A stretch of 32,000 bases of DNA from Rhizobium helianthi (GTDB taxonomy: Bacteria > Pseudomonadota > Alphaproteobacteria > Rhizobiales > Rhizobiaceae). Shown here piece by piece: positions 8,725 through 16,855 of this stretch. Every line of letters begins with the position of its first letter. Positions within the stretch are counted from its first letter, which is position 1. The notes under the pieces were generated by a model. That model made no database searches, had not been told where the DNA came from, and worked only from the letters and a program-made list of their open reading frames with translations. The stretch is taken from assembly GCF_042680945.1 (NCBI RefSeq), contig NZ_JBHUEQ010000003.1, positions 88,804-120,803 of the forward strand, written 5' to 3'. The position numbers were made by a program, and so were the translations under genes.

Positions 8725-9843
8725 ATGCGTGTGGGATGCCCCAAAGAGATCAAGAACCATGAATATCGAGTTGGCCTGACCCCTGGCGCGGTGCGCGAAT
8801 ATGTGGCGCATGGGCATGAAGTGATCATCGAAACGCAGGCTGGCGCCGGTATCGGGGCCGATGATTCCTCCTATATCGCGGCGGGCGCAAAAATTGTCGG
8901 TTCCGCCAAGGAGATATTCGAGCGTTCCGACATGGTGGTGAAGGTGAAGGAACCTCAGCCAGCCGAGTGGGCGCAGCTTCGCGACGGACAGATTCTCTAC
9001 ACCTACCTGCATCTTGCGCCGGATCCCGAGCAGACGAAGGGGCTTCTCGCTTCCGGTGTGACAGCCGTTGCTTACGAAACGGTGACCGATGAGCGCGGAG
9101 GCCTACCCCTGTTGGCGCCCATGTCCGAGGTTGCGGGCAGGCTGGCTATTCAAGCCGGTGCCACCGCACTGCAAAAGGCAAATGGCGGCCGAGGCATCCT
9201 TCTCGGCGGCGTTCCGGGCGTGCTTCCTGCCAAGGTGACTGTCATCGGCGGCGGCGTTGTCGGGCTTCAATCAGCGCGAATGGCGGTCGGTCTCGGTGCC
9301 GATGTTACCATTCTCGATCGTTCGCTGCCGCGCCTTCGCCAGCTGGACGAGATGTTCCATGGCCGTATTCACACCCGCTATTCCACCATCGACGCATTGG
9401 AGGAGGAGGTCTATTTTGCGGATCTCGTTATCGGTGCAGTTCTGATCCCCGGTGCAGCTGCCCCCAAACTCGTCACGCGGGAGATGTTGACGGGCATGAG
9501 GAAGGGCGCGGTGATCGTGGATGTTGCAATCGACCAGGGCGGTTGCTTCGAGACATCTCACGCGACCACGCATTCTGACCCCACTTATGAAGTGGACGGC
9601 GTCATTCACTACTGCGTGGCGAACATGCCCGGTGCTGTTCCTGTTACCTCTGCTCATGCTCTCAACAATGCAACGCTGGTGCACGGCCTGGCTCTAGCGG
9701 ATCGCGGCTTGCGCGCCATCGCCGAAGATCGCCATCTTCGCAACGGGCTCAACATTCATCGCGGCAAGGTGACAAACAAGCCCGTGGCCGAAGCGCTGGG
9801 TTATGACGTGACGGCGCCGGAGAGCGTGCTGAACGTCGCCTGA
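8725..9843 (+). CDS. ald: alanine dehydrogenase
   Basis: The start is set at ATG 8725 ([20 protein letters not shown]). It has the Rossmann motif VIGGGVVG and the typical Ald length of 372 aa. Confidence 0.92.
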   Translation: MRVGCPKEIKNHEYRVGLTPGAVREYVAHGHEVIIETQAGAGIGADDSSYIAAGAKIVGSAKEIFERSDMVVKVKEPQPAEWAQLRDGQILYTYLHLAPDPEQTKGLLASGVTAVAYETVTDERGGLPLLAPMSEVAGRLAIQAGATALQKANGGRGILLGGVPGVLPAKVTVIGGGVVGLQSARMAVGLGADVTILDRSLPRLRQLDEMFHGRIHTRYSTIDALEEEVYFADLVIGAVLIPGAAAPKLVTREMLTGMRKGAVIVDVAIDQGGCFETSHATTHSDPTYEVDGVIHYCVANMPGAVPVTSAHALNNATLVHGLALADRGLRAIAEDRHLRNGLNIHRGKVTNKPVAEALGYDVTAPESVLNVA

Positions 9844-9908
9844 TATCGAGAGCGAACCGCCAATTGAGGGGCGGTCCAAGCAATCGCTTATGCCGACTTG
9901 CAGCCTTG

Positions 9909-9950
9909 GAAAAACCGCTGCGGCCATTGCGGCCTCAGCGGTTTTTATTT
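9909..9950. terminator. bidirectional rho-independent terminator between ald and sseA
   Basis: The sequence is AAAAACCGCTGcGGCCattgcGGCCtCAGCGGTTTTTATTTT. The stems are CCGCTG/CAGCGG plus GGCC/GGCC, flanked by an A-run and a T-run. Confidence 0.75.
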
Positions 9951-9957
9951 TCCATTC

Positions 9958-11379
9958 TCAATCTCGCTTTGCCAGGGCCAGCAGTTCTGCATCAGACATG
10001 GGTTCAATCCAGGCTTCGCTGGTGCTGACAGGCGCAAAGCCCATCATCTGGTAGAGAGGCAGGGCGCGCGGATGATCGAGTGTATTCGTCGAAACCGTCA
10101 CCTTCTTCGGGTTCATCTGCCATGCGGAGTAGAGGGCCTGCAGCAGGAACCATTTGCCGATGCCAAGGCCAAGCGCGTGTTCGAAGAGGCCAAAATAGGA
10201 CAGCTCAACCAAGTCGTCTCCGATCTGGTTGAGTTCGAACATGCCTGCCGGTGCGCCATTCACATAGAGGACTGTCAGGCAAATCTTGTCATTGTGCAGC
10301 AGCGCGGAAAGCTCTTCATCGCTCATCCGCAGCCGGTTGTACCAGTGCCAGCGTTTACCGATCTGGCGATAGAGGTATCGGTAGTAGTGCAGGGGGATAT
10401 CCTGTGTCCGCATGAGGGCGGTATGCAAGTTCACCGGCATCGGCAGGCTCTGCCGCGGCGGGGACGTCATTTCCAGCTGCGTAATGCGTGTCTTGATCGG
10501 GCCGTGCACAGGCTTCTCGATCGCATCCGCAGGGCCTGTCACAATCGGGGTATCATCCCGACCGCCCCATTCCGACCAGGAGCCGTCATAAAGAGAGTTG
10601 TTGGTGTGGCCCAGAGATTCCAGCGCCAATGTCACCACCGCAGCCGTTACGCCCGAACCGCAGCTGGTGACCGCGGGGCGCGTGAGATCTATTCCCGCCT
10701 CATCCATCATGGAACGGAGCGAATCCAGATCCTTCAAGTGGCCGTTTTCGGAGAGCGATCCGGCGGGAAGACTGCGAGCCCCCGGCATATGGCCGGAGCG
10801 CATGCCTGCGCGTGGCTCCGGCTCCTCGCCGGTAAAGCGACCCGCACCGCGGGCATCGATGATCTGCGCCGAGCCGTTGTCCACGATATCGCGCATTTCG
10901 GTGAGACTGGTCACGCGGCGTCCGCGGAAACGAGGCGTGAACGTGGTGGCCTCCGGCCTCGGGCTCTCCGTTTCGAGCGGTAGCCCTTCATGTTTCCAGC
11001 CGTCCAGACCGCCATCCAGCACATAGACCTTCTCGGCACCCATGGCCCGCAGCATCCACCAGACGCGTGGCGCGGAGAAGAAGCCGGGTCCATCGTAAAC
11101 GACGATCACGTCCGTTTCGGAAATTCCAAGCTTGCCCATCTCGGAGGCGAAGAATTCCGGCGAGGGAAGAGAGTGTGGCAGGCCGGTGGAGTGGTCTGCA
11201 ATGGCATCCTGATCAAAGAACACGGCGCCGGGAATATGACCTTCGGCATATTCTGCAGCTCCATTCCTCTTTTGCGCGGGCAGGTACCAGGATGCATCGA
11301 TGACGCGGAAGTTGGGGGTTCCGAGCTGCTTTTGCACCCAATCGCTCGATACGACAAAACGGCTCTTTTCAGCGCTCAT
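9958..11379 (-). CDS. sseA: 3-mercaptopyruvate/thiosulfate sulfurtransferase (tandem rhodanese) fused to a C-terminal GNAT acetyltransferase domain
   Basis: 473 aa. The first ~285 residues have the SseA pattern (HIPGA..., active-site loop TSCGSGVTA, DGSWSEWG). The last ~185 residues have a GNAT-like core (LSYFGLFEHALGLGIGKWFL). The ORF is continuous, with no stop between the two parts. Confidence 0.8.
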   Translation of the reverse strand: MSAEKSRFVVSSDWVQKQLGTPNFRVIDASWYLPAQKRNGAAEYAEGHIPGAVFFDQDAIADHSTGLPHSLPSPEFFASEMGKLGISETDVIVVYDGPGFFSAPRVWWMLRAMGAEKVYVLDGGLDGWKHEGLPLETESPRPEATTFTPRFRGRRVTSLTEMRDIVDNGSAQIIDARGAGRFTGEEPEPRAGMRSGHMPGARSLPAGSLSENGHLKDLDSLRSMMDEAGIDLTRPAVTSCGSGVTAAVVTLALESLGHTNNSLYDGSWSEWGGRDDTPIVTGPADAIEKPVHGPIKTRITQLEMTSPPRQSLPMPVNLHTALMRTQDIPLHYYRYLYRQIGKRWHWYNRLRMSDEELSALLHNDKICLTVLYVNGAPAGMFELNQIGDDLVELSYFGLFEHALGLGIGKWFLLQALYSAWQMNPKKVTVSTNTLDHPRALPLYQMMGFAPVSTSEAWIEPMSDAELLALAKRD

Positions 11380-11412
11380 GCTCTTCCTCCTGATGGGAAG
11401 GAGAGGACGCTA

Positions 11413-12150
11413 TCATGCCGTTTCGGCAGGTGTACCGAAGCGAATGCGGAAGCGACGATTCTCCTTACCCTTTTTCTCGATCTTCGCGATGTGAATCGCT
11501 CCAACCTCTTGGGTTTCGGAAACATGTGTGCCGCCACAGGGCTGGCTGTCAACGCTGGAGTCCTGTCCGATGCAGATGAGGCTGACCCGGCCGAGGCCAA
11601 TTGGCGGGCGAACGTTCTTCGACTTCACAATCGACGGGTTGGCCAACAGCTCTTCGTCCGTGATCCATTGCGTGTAAACAGGATGATTATCCGTGACCAG
11701 CTTCATGAGCTGAGCGGTTACCTCATCCTTGTCTATCGTCTCGCTCATGTCGAAATCGACGCGGGACTCGTCTTCGCCAACGGCTGCGCCTGTGATTGGG
11801 TATTCGCATACGACCGAGAGCAGATGGCAGGCGGTGTGCATGCGCATCAGCTTGTAACGTCTTGCCCAATCCACATGCAGCACAAGTTTCTCACCGACCA
11901 GTGGCTGAGGCTGGTCCGGCAGGGGAACGTGGATGATGATGTCCTTGCTCTCGCCATGCCGGGTGGGGGCGAGGCCAATTCTTGTGCCATCCGCGCGCTC
12001 AAGAAAGCCGGTATCGCCAGGCTGACCGCCGGATGCGGCATAGAAACAGGTCTGGTCCAGCTCGATGCTGCCGCCCTCATGGATGGCGGTAACCGTGCCC
12101 TCTGCCGTCGAAAGATAAAAATCGTCTCGGTAGAGGGCAACGGTTTTCAT
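11413..12150 (-). CDS. alanyl-tRNA editing protein (AlaX-M type, threonyl/alanyl tRNA synthetase SAD)
   Basis: It has the zinc-binding motifs HTACH and CGGTH, and the N-terminal FY..SGGQPGD pattern. ATG 12150 is preferred as the start. A GTG at 12165 that abuts the upstream stop is an alternative. Confidence 0.8.
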   Translation of the reverse strand: MKTVALYRDDFYLSTAEGTVTAIHEGGSIELDQTCFYAASGGQPGDTGFLERADGTRIGLAPTRHGESKDIIIHVPLPDQPQPLVGEKLVLHVDWARRYKLMRMHTACHLLSVVCEYPITGAAVGEDESRVDFDMSETIDKDEVTAQLMKLVTDNHPVYTQWITDEELLANPSIVKSKNVRPPIGLGRVSLICIGQDSSVDSQPCGGTHVSETQEVGAIHIAKIEKKGKENRRFRIRFGTPAETA

Positions 12151-12165
12151 GATAATCGAACTCAC

Positions 12166-13209
12166 TCAGGCTGGCTGAAACGGAACAGTGATCTCGCTTT
12201 TCTGCACCAGCCATTGCGGGATCGGCAAGCCCTTGGACTTTAGAAAATCCGCATTGAACAGCTTTGATTGGTAGCGATTGCCATAATCGCACAGAATGGT
12301 CACGATGGTGTGGCCGGGGCCAAGCTCTTCCGCAAGCCGCATGGCACCCGCGATGTTGATGCCTGAAGAGCCGCCAAGGCATAGGCCCTCTTTCTCGACG
12401 AGATCGAACACCAATGGCAGGGCCTCTGCATCAGGGATGCGGTAGGCGAAATCCGGCGCGAAACCTTCGAGGTTAGCGGTGATCCGCCCTTGCCCGATGC
12501 CCTCGGTGATGGAGGAGCCTTCCGACTTCAGTTCGCCATTCTTGTAGAATTCGTAAAGTGCGGCACCCTCAGGATCTGCAATTCCGATCTTCACATTGGG
12601 GTTCTTTGCGCGCAGCCCCATGGCTGTGCCAACAAGCGTTCCACCTGAACCGACGGCGCAGATAAAGCCATCGACTTTGCCGCCGGTCTGTTCCCATATT
12701 TCCGGTGCCGTCGTCTGTATATGCGCTTCACGATTGGCAACATTATCGAACTGGTTTGCCCAGATGGCGCCGTTCGGCTCCGTCTTTGCCAGCTCTTCCG
12801 CCAAACGGCCAGACACCTTCACATAGTTGTTCGGGTTCTTGTAGGGGACAGCCGGAACCTCAACCAGTTCTGCACCCAGAAGGCGCAGCGCATCTTTCTT
12901 TTCCTGGCTTTGCGTCTCGGGAATCACAATGACGGTGCGATAGCCGAGTGCCTTTGCAACCAGGGTCAGGCCGATCCCGGTATTGCCTGCCGTACCTTCC
13001 ACAATGACGCCGCCGGGCTTCAGGAGGCCTTTGCGTTCTGCATCGCGAATGATGAACAGCGCCGCACGATCCTTCACCGACTGGCCGGGATTGAGGAATT
13101 CTGCCTTGCCCAAGATCTCGCAGCCCGTCCGCTCAGACGGCCCCTTGAGCCGGAGCAGGGGCGTGTTGCCAATTACGCTGAGCACGGATGAATGGACGGT
13201 CATCGACAA
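12166..13209 (-). CDS. cysK: cysteine synthase family PLP-dependent enzyme (CysK/CBS-like)
   Basis: 347 aa. It has the PLP-lysine motif NPGQSVKDR, the TAGNTGIGL loop and the GSGGT loop. It is the first gene of the minus-strand operon with alaX and sseA. Confidence 0.8.
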   Translation of the reverse strand: MSMTVHSSVLSVIGNTPLLRLKGPSERTGCEILGKAEFLNPGQSVKDRAALFIIRDAERKGLLKPGGVIVEGTAGNTGIGLTLVAKALGYRTVIVIPETQSQEKKDALRLLGAELVEVPAVPYKNPNNYVKVSGRLAEELAKTEPNGAIWANQFDNVANREAHIQTTAPEIWEQTGGKVDGFICAVGSGGTLVGTAMGLRAKNPNVKIGIADPEGAALYEFYKNGELKSEGSSITEGIGQGRITANLEGFAPDFAYRIPDAEALPLVFDLVEKEGLCLGGSSGINIAGAMRLAEELGPGHTIVTILCDYGNRYQSKLFNADFLKSKGLPIPQWLVQKSEITVPFQPA

Positions 13210-13335
13210 ATCCTTCGTATCAAATTCAATCTCACTGCTTTTTCATGCTATCCGCGCTTCGGCAAGCAAATCTATACCCCCCAAACCCCTCTCCAGCGCA
13301 AATTCATAGTCGTTTTGAAAAGACGCATCTCACGC

Positions 13336-13360
13336 AAAAGGGGTGGCCAGCGGCCACCCC
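13336..13360 (-). terminator. rho-independent terminator after the small secreted protein gene
   Basis: Stem GGGGTGGCC (13340-13348) / GGCCACCCC (13352-13360) with a 3-nt loop. On the minus strand it is followed by TTTTG. Confidence 0.55.
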
Positions 13361-13385
13361 TCCAAGGGAATGCGAAAATGAGATG

Positions 13386-13700
13386 TTAGCACTGGGTGCG
13401 ATCGACCGGGCTTGTGGACGAACCCTCGGTCGGCGTGGCGGAGGGAGCCGCACAAGGGCTGTCCTGCGTCGTCAACTGGCCGGGAGGATTGGTGCCACTG
13501 TCACGGTTGGTGCTGTAGGTCATGTTCGGGTCGATAACCTGACCGCCCGCGGCATTGTTGTTTGCACCATAGGTGCCCGTACCGCTCATATTGTCCGTGT
13601 TGGTCATCGTCCGATCATTCGGTGTCATCGCCGTCTGCGCGACTGCACCGGTGGCAAGACCAAGGGTAAGAACGGATACGCTAAGAATCTTCGAAAGCAT
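13386..13700 (-). CDS. small secreted Thr/Asn/Gly-rich protein of unknown function
   Basis: The start is set at ATG 13700, preceded by GAGGAGGAAG. It has a Sec signal (MLSKILSVSVLTLGLATGAVAQ). The mature part is low-complexity, with two Cys near the C-terminus. Confidence 0.6.
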   Translation of the reverse strand: MLSKILSVSVLTLGLATGAVAQTAMTPNDRTMTNTDNMSGTGTYGANNNAAGGQVIDPNMTYSTNRDSGTNPPGQLTTQDSPCAAPSATPTEGSSTSPVDRTQC

Positions 13701-13785
13701 GTGCTTCCTCCTCGTTTTTTTGTTGGAAGGCTTTTCCGTCGCCCGAGGAAAGAACACATGAGCCGCAGAGCTGTTCCCGAAAAAG

Positions 13786-14001
13786 TTAACCATGATTTGT
13801 GCGGGGTTTTGGCGGCTCCAGGCCGGGATCGATGAGGTCCAGCCGCATTTGGACCCCCTTCGGCACATAGAGCGGCTTGCGGCTGGCAAGCTGAATTCTC
13901 TGAAATGTCTTGCGGCGCTCTTCGGCATCGCGCTGGCGCATTGCACGCGAGGCGGCAACGGCGGCGAGGGCATTCTTGACGGCTTCTTCTGCACGGGTCA
14001 T
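13786..14001 (-). CDS. small hypothetical protein (71 aa), candidate SOS-regulated
   Basis: ORF MTRAEEAVKNALAAVAASRAMRQRDAEERRKTF... with GGAG 6 nt upstream of ATG 14001. A promoter plus LexA-type box lies immediately upstream. Confidence 0.5.
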   Translation of the reverse strand: MTRAEEAVKNALAAVAASRAMRQRDAEERRKTFQRIQLASRKPLYVPKGVQMRLDLIDPGLEPPKPRTNHG

Positions 14002-14019
14002 GAGCATCTCCGATAGAAT

Positions 14020-14059
14020 GTTCTTGCTTTGTTCTAGTTGATTTTCAGCCGTTTGTCAA
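14020..14059 (-). promoter_or_regulatory. putative sigma-70 promoter overlapped by an alphaproteobacterial LexA (SOS) box
   Basis: Read on the minus strand the promoter is TTGACA (14054-14059), a 17-nt spacer, then TAGAAC (14031-14036). The direct repeat GAAC-AAAGCAA-GAAC (14020-14034) overlaps the -10 element. This matches the GAAC-N7-GAAC / GTTC-N7-GTTC consensus known for Rhizobiales and Rhodobacter LexA. Confidence 0.55.
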
Positions 14060-14218
14060 CGAATCGGTCCTCCCTGTGAAATCGGGCTGTGAAGTCGGGC
14101 TTTGAGACTGAGCGGAGGGCTGTCTATGTGCCCGGGCTGAAGAGGCGGAACTTCGCCCGGCATCGGTTGTTTCTTGATCTCACGGTCGAACTGACCGCCA
14201 TAGTGAGGAGAAACGAAT

Positions 14219-14500
14219 ATGGCTTACAGCCCAAACGATCGCGGCCCGGATATTCCACCGACACGCCGCTCATCACGTTCCACAGCCGTGTGGCTAGGTG
14301 TCGTGGCCGTATTGCTAATAGGTGGAATCATCTGGTCCCAGATGGGGCGCAGCACGGATCCCACCACAACATCGTCGACAACGCAGCAGCAGACGCTGCC
14401 GGCATCACCAGGGCCGGAGGCTCCGGCCAGCACCCAGACAGCGCCCGCGCCGGGCACTGCAGGCCAGGCTCCCGCTACTCAGGGTCAGACCCAACCGTAA
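14219..14500 (+). CDS. small single-pass membrane protein with a Thr/Pro/Gln-rich tail
   Basis: 93 aa with GAGGAG 8 nt upstream. It has one TM helix (AVWLGVVAVLLIGGIIW). It is preferred over the overlapping Arg-rich ORF 14089-14517. Confidence 0.5.
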   Translation: MAYSPNDRGPDIPPTRRSSRSTAVWLGVVAVLLIGGIIWSQMGRSTDPTTTSSTTQQQTLPASPGPEAPASTQTAPAPGTAGQAPATQGQTQP

Positions 14501-14526
14501 CATCGCGATGGGGATAAAACAGAAAA

Positions 14527-14550
14527 GGTCCGGTTCAAAAGAACCGGACC
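14527..14550 (-). terminator. hairpin terminator, probably the native tRNA-Asn terminator now separated from its gene by the insertion
   Basis: Perfect 10-bp stem GGTCCGGTTC / GAACCGGACC with an AAAA loop. On the minus strand it is followed by TTTTCTGTTTT, and on the plus strand only by TTCAT. It lies 24 bp outside attL. Confidence 0.6.
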
Positions 14551-14573
14551 TTCATCCGTCAGCCTTCGCTGAG

Positions 14574-14591
14574 AAACTGGCTCCCCGGGCC
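14574..14591. repeat. attL core: 18-bp direct repeat AAACTGGCTCCCCGGGCC (duplicate of the tRNA-Asn 3' end)
   Basis: It is identical to 31623-31640, and the flanks diverge immediately on both sides. Confidence 0.85.
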
Positions 14592-14736
14592 TGAGATTTT
14601 GTAGCAACCAAGATAACCATTGCATCAACAGTGGAGTCTAAAACGCTATATTTTTCAACGGGTAGCTTGTCCATTGCGTCCATTCGGCCTATCTACATAC
14701 CGCCACCCAATAGTGGGAAAAAAGCGGGGAAGGTCA

Positions 14737-15915
14737 ATGGGGAGCCATACTCGGAACGTGCTGACTGTGAAGGGAATCGCGGCGAGCAAATCTAAGAAAT
14801 TGCGCGACGGTGGCGGGCTCTGGCTCGTTCAAAAAGGCGATGGTCGGTATTGGATCTTCTCATACACGCTCGCCGGTCGTCGTCGCGAGATGGGTATCGG
14901 CCCGCTTCATTCGGTCGGCCTTGCTGAGGCGCGCGAACGGGCCGCCAAGGCAAGGGAGATGGTCAAGGAAGGTAAAGACCCGATCCGTGACAAACGCCAG
15001 GCACTCGCCGAGCAGCCGAAGCCAAAGACATTCGGCGAGTACGCTGACAGCTTCATTGACGCAGCGGTGAAGGCTGGCCGCTGGCGAGGCGCGAAGACCG
15101 AAGCGCGATGGCGCAATCTGCTGGAAAATCACGCGAAGCCGATCCGTCACCGACCGATAGCGGACATAGACATTGACGACGTGAAGACTGCGCTGAAGCC
15201 GCTTTGGTGCATCAAGCAGGAAAGCGCCGAAAAGCTAAGGGAGTGCATCGAGCGGGTGCTGGATGCGGCCAAGGTGGAGAAGCTGCGGACGGGCGACAAT
15301 CCGGCTGCATGGAAAGGCAACCTTGAGCATGTGCTGCACAAGCCGGCCAAGGTGGAGGGCGAGGGGCACCATGCAGCTATGCCGCACGACCAGATCAGTG
15401 ACTTCATGAAGTCACTGGCCAGTGTCCAAGGCGTGTCGGCTCGCTGCCTTGAATTCGCGATACTCACAGCGGCCCGCGGCGGCGAGGCGAGGGGAGCGGT
15501 TTGGGCAGAATTCGACATGAAGGCGAAAGTCTGGACCGTTCCAGCCGCAAGGATGAAGACAGGCAAGACGCATCGCGTGCCGCTATCCAAACCCGCGATT
15601 GCGCTCTTGGAGCGCATGAAGGCGCAGTCTGTTAGCGAGTACGTTTTCCCGAGCGTCCGCAGCGGCAAGCCGTTGTCGGATATGTCTCTGGCGAAGGCGC
15701 TCACGACGGCGGGCGGGGGCGCCTATACTCCGCACGGGTTCCGCTCAACGTTCCGCGATTGGGCAACAGACGTCGCGCACGCGCCGCGAGAGATTGCAGA
15801 GGCGGCCTTGTCTCATGCCGTTGGTGATGCGGTGGAAAGAAGCTATGCGCGCTCAGATGCGTTGCAACGGCGCCACACTTTGATGGAGGAGTGGGGTAGA
15901 TACTGTTTCGGCTAA
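14737..15915 (+). CDS. int: tyrosine recombinase/integrase, P4-like with an N-terminal DUF4102-type arm-binding domain
   Basis: The start is set at ATG 14737 (MGSHTRNVLTVKGIAA..LRDGGGLWLVQKGDGRYWIFSY). The C-terminal catalytic region includes HRVPLS, HGFRSTFRDW and ERSY (catalytic Tyr). Confidence 0.92.
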   Translation: MGSHTRNVLTVKGIAASKSKKLRDGGGLWLVQKGDGRYWIFSYTLAGRRREMGIGPLHSVGLAEARERAAKAREMVKEGKDPIRDKRQALAEQPKPKTFGEYADSFIDAAVKAGRWRGAKTEARWRNLLENHAKPIRHRPIADIDIDDVKTALKPLWCIKQESAEKLRECIERVLDAAKVEKLRTGDNPAAWKGNLEHVLHKPAKVEGEGHHAAMPHDQISDFMKSLASVQGVSARCLEFAILTAARGGEARGAVWAEFDMKAKVWTVPAARMKTGKTHRVPLSKPAIALLERMKAQSVSEYVFPSVRSGKPLSDMSLAKALTTAGGGAYTPHGFRSTFRDWATDVAHAPREIAEAALSHAVGDAVERSYARSDALQRRHTLMEEWGRYCFG

Positions 15916-16040
15916 GGCAACCAAAGCGGCCGCGTTGACAACGGGCAATGTAACCGCCATCAATAACTACACCGGCGGAATAATTCACCGTCTGGATAGC
16001 ATCGGTTACAAACCCCTGTCAACACCTATTGGAGGAAAAA

Positions 16041-16253
16041 ATGAAATCAGACAACGATAATACCCCCGCACTCATTTCGCTAAACGACGCATGCCGCATG
16101 ACGTCCATGTCTCGCACCATGCTGAACCGTTACCGCGCGGAAGGGCGGTTCCCTGTTGCCGTTGATCTCGGCGATCGTCGCATTGCCTTCGTGCGGGAGG
16201 AAGTTACCGCCTGGATTGCCGCGAAGATTTCGGCGCGGCAGGTGGCGGCATGA
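16041..16253 (+). CDS. alpA: AlpA-family HTH protein (putative excisionase/regulator)
   Basis: GGAGG lies 5 nt upstream of ATG 16041. The segment LISLNDACRMTSMSRTMLNRYRAEGRFPVAVDLGDRRIAFVREEVTAWI fits the AlpA / phage Xis HTH_17 pattern. Confidence 0.8.
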   Translation: MKSDNDNTPALISLNDACRMTSMSRTMLNRYRAEGRFPVAVDLGDRRIAFVREEVTAWIAAKISARQVAA

Positions 16254-16570
16254 GCTCGGAGACGGATCAACCTAACGACATTCTGGATCTGGTAGACGCT
16301 GCAACTAGAGCGTTCCGAGGAGCAGCTTCGGTTGAGGATACAGCAGTCGGATGGGACTACTTCTCCCGCGTTGAAAGCTATGTTGAGATGACATGGCCGA
16401 ATGACAAGGATCTTTTGGATGTTCTTTATCAAGCGAAAAGGTACTTAAGTCAGTTCACGCTGGATCTGCGAAACGGAGTGCCGTCTCCGTTCAACGGATG
16501 GGCTTCCACCATGGGTCGCCTTAGGGCCATGGTGGATACTCCATATGGCCTGGACGGCTACCCCAAATAA
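16250..16570 (+). CDS. hypothetical protein
   Basis: 106-aa ORF whose start overlaps the alpA stop (ATGA). The composition is acidic and plausible for a protein. No family was recognised. Confidence 0.5.
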   Translation: MSSETDQPNDILDLVDAATRAFRGAASVEDTAVGWDYFSRVESYVEMTWPNDKDLLDVLYQAKRYLSQFTLDLRNGVPSPFNGWASTMGRLRAMVDTPYGLDGYPK

Positions 16571-16594
16571 CCCCACCACCAAAAGGAAACCCAG

Positions 16595-16855
16595 ATGAAA
16601 ATTCTCTCAATCCGCCCTTGTGACGAGGGCGGAAACACACTCGCATTGTTTGATGCGCAGTTGTCCGACGATATCCGAATGTTCGGGCTGAAGCTGGTGA
16701 AGACACCGCGCGGCCCGCGTGTTTATGCGCCATCCACGCGCGCCAGCAACGTTGCCACCTTTGCACCAGATTTTGCCGCAGCCCTAGCTCGCGCCGCTCA
16801 GGCAGCACTTTACGGAGAAGCCGAACACAATGTCAGCACTTGCAAAGCAGCCTGA
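16595..16855 (+). CDS. hypothetical protein
   Basis: 86-aa ORF with AAGGAAA upstream. Its 3' end overlaps the start of the next gene by 26 nt, so it sits in an operon context. Confidence 0.45.
   Translation: MKILSIRPCDEGGNTLALFDAQLSDDIRMFGLKLVKTPRGPRVYAPSTRASNVATFAPDFAAALARAAQAALYGEAEHNVSTCKAA

Noticed and set aside
8568-8828. The long 5' extension of the Lrp/AsnC ORF, and the 25-codon extension of ald (8650-8724).
   Set aside because: The extensions run into each other's promoter or coding region and add sequence that is not conserved in appearance. The canonical family N-termini begin at 8567 and 8725.
9898-12243. Two long plus-strand ORFs (361 aa and 417 aa) covering the sseA::GNAT and alaX region.
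   Set aside because: They lie antisense to genes with clear family motifs. Their translations are Arg/His/Gly/Ala-rich with no recognisable domains. This is the typical shadow-ORF pattern of GC-rich DNA.
13701-13994. The upstream 98 codons of the 202-aa minus-strand ORF 13386-13994.
   Set aside because: The extension is Arg/Pro/Ser-rich and overlaps the separate small gene 13786-14001 in another frame. The internal ATG 13700 has a strong GAGGAGG SD and starts a clean signal peptide.
14089-14517. A 142-aa plus-strand ORF overlapping 14219-14500 in another frame.
   Set aside because: The translation is Arg-rich and featureless. The alternative frame has a GAGGAG SD and a clear transmembrane helix.
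14620-14736. N-terminal extension of the integrase ORF (track start at 14620).
   Set aside because: The extension starts almost at the att core, uses a non-ATG start, and encodes a peptide that does not look like an integrase. ATG 14737 gives the canonical DUF4102-type N-terminus.
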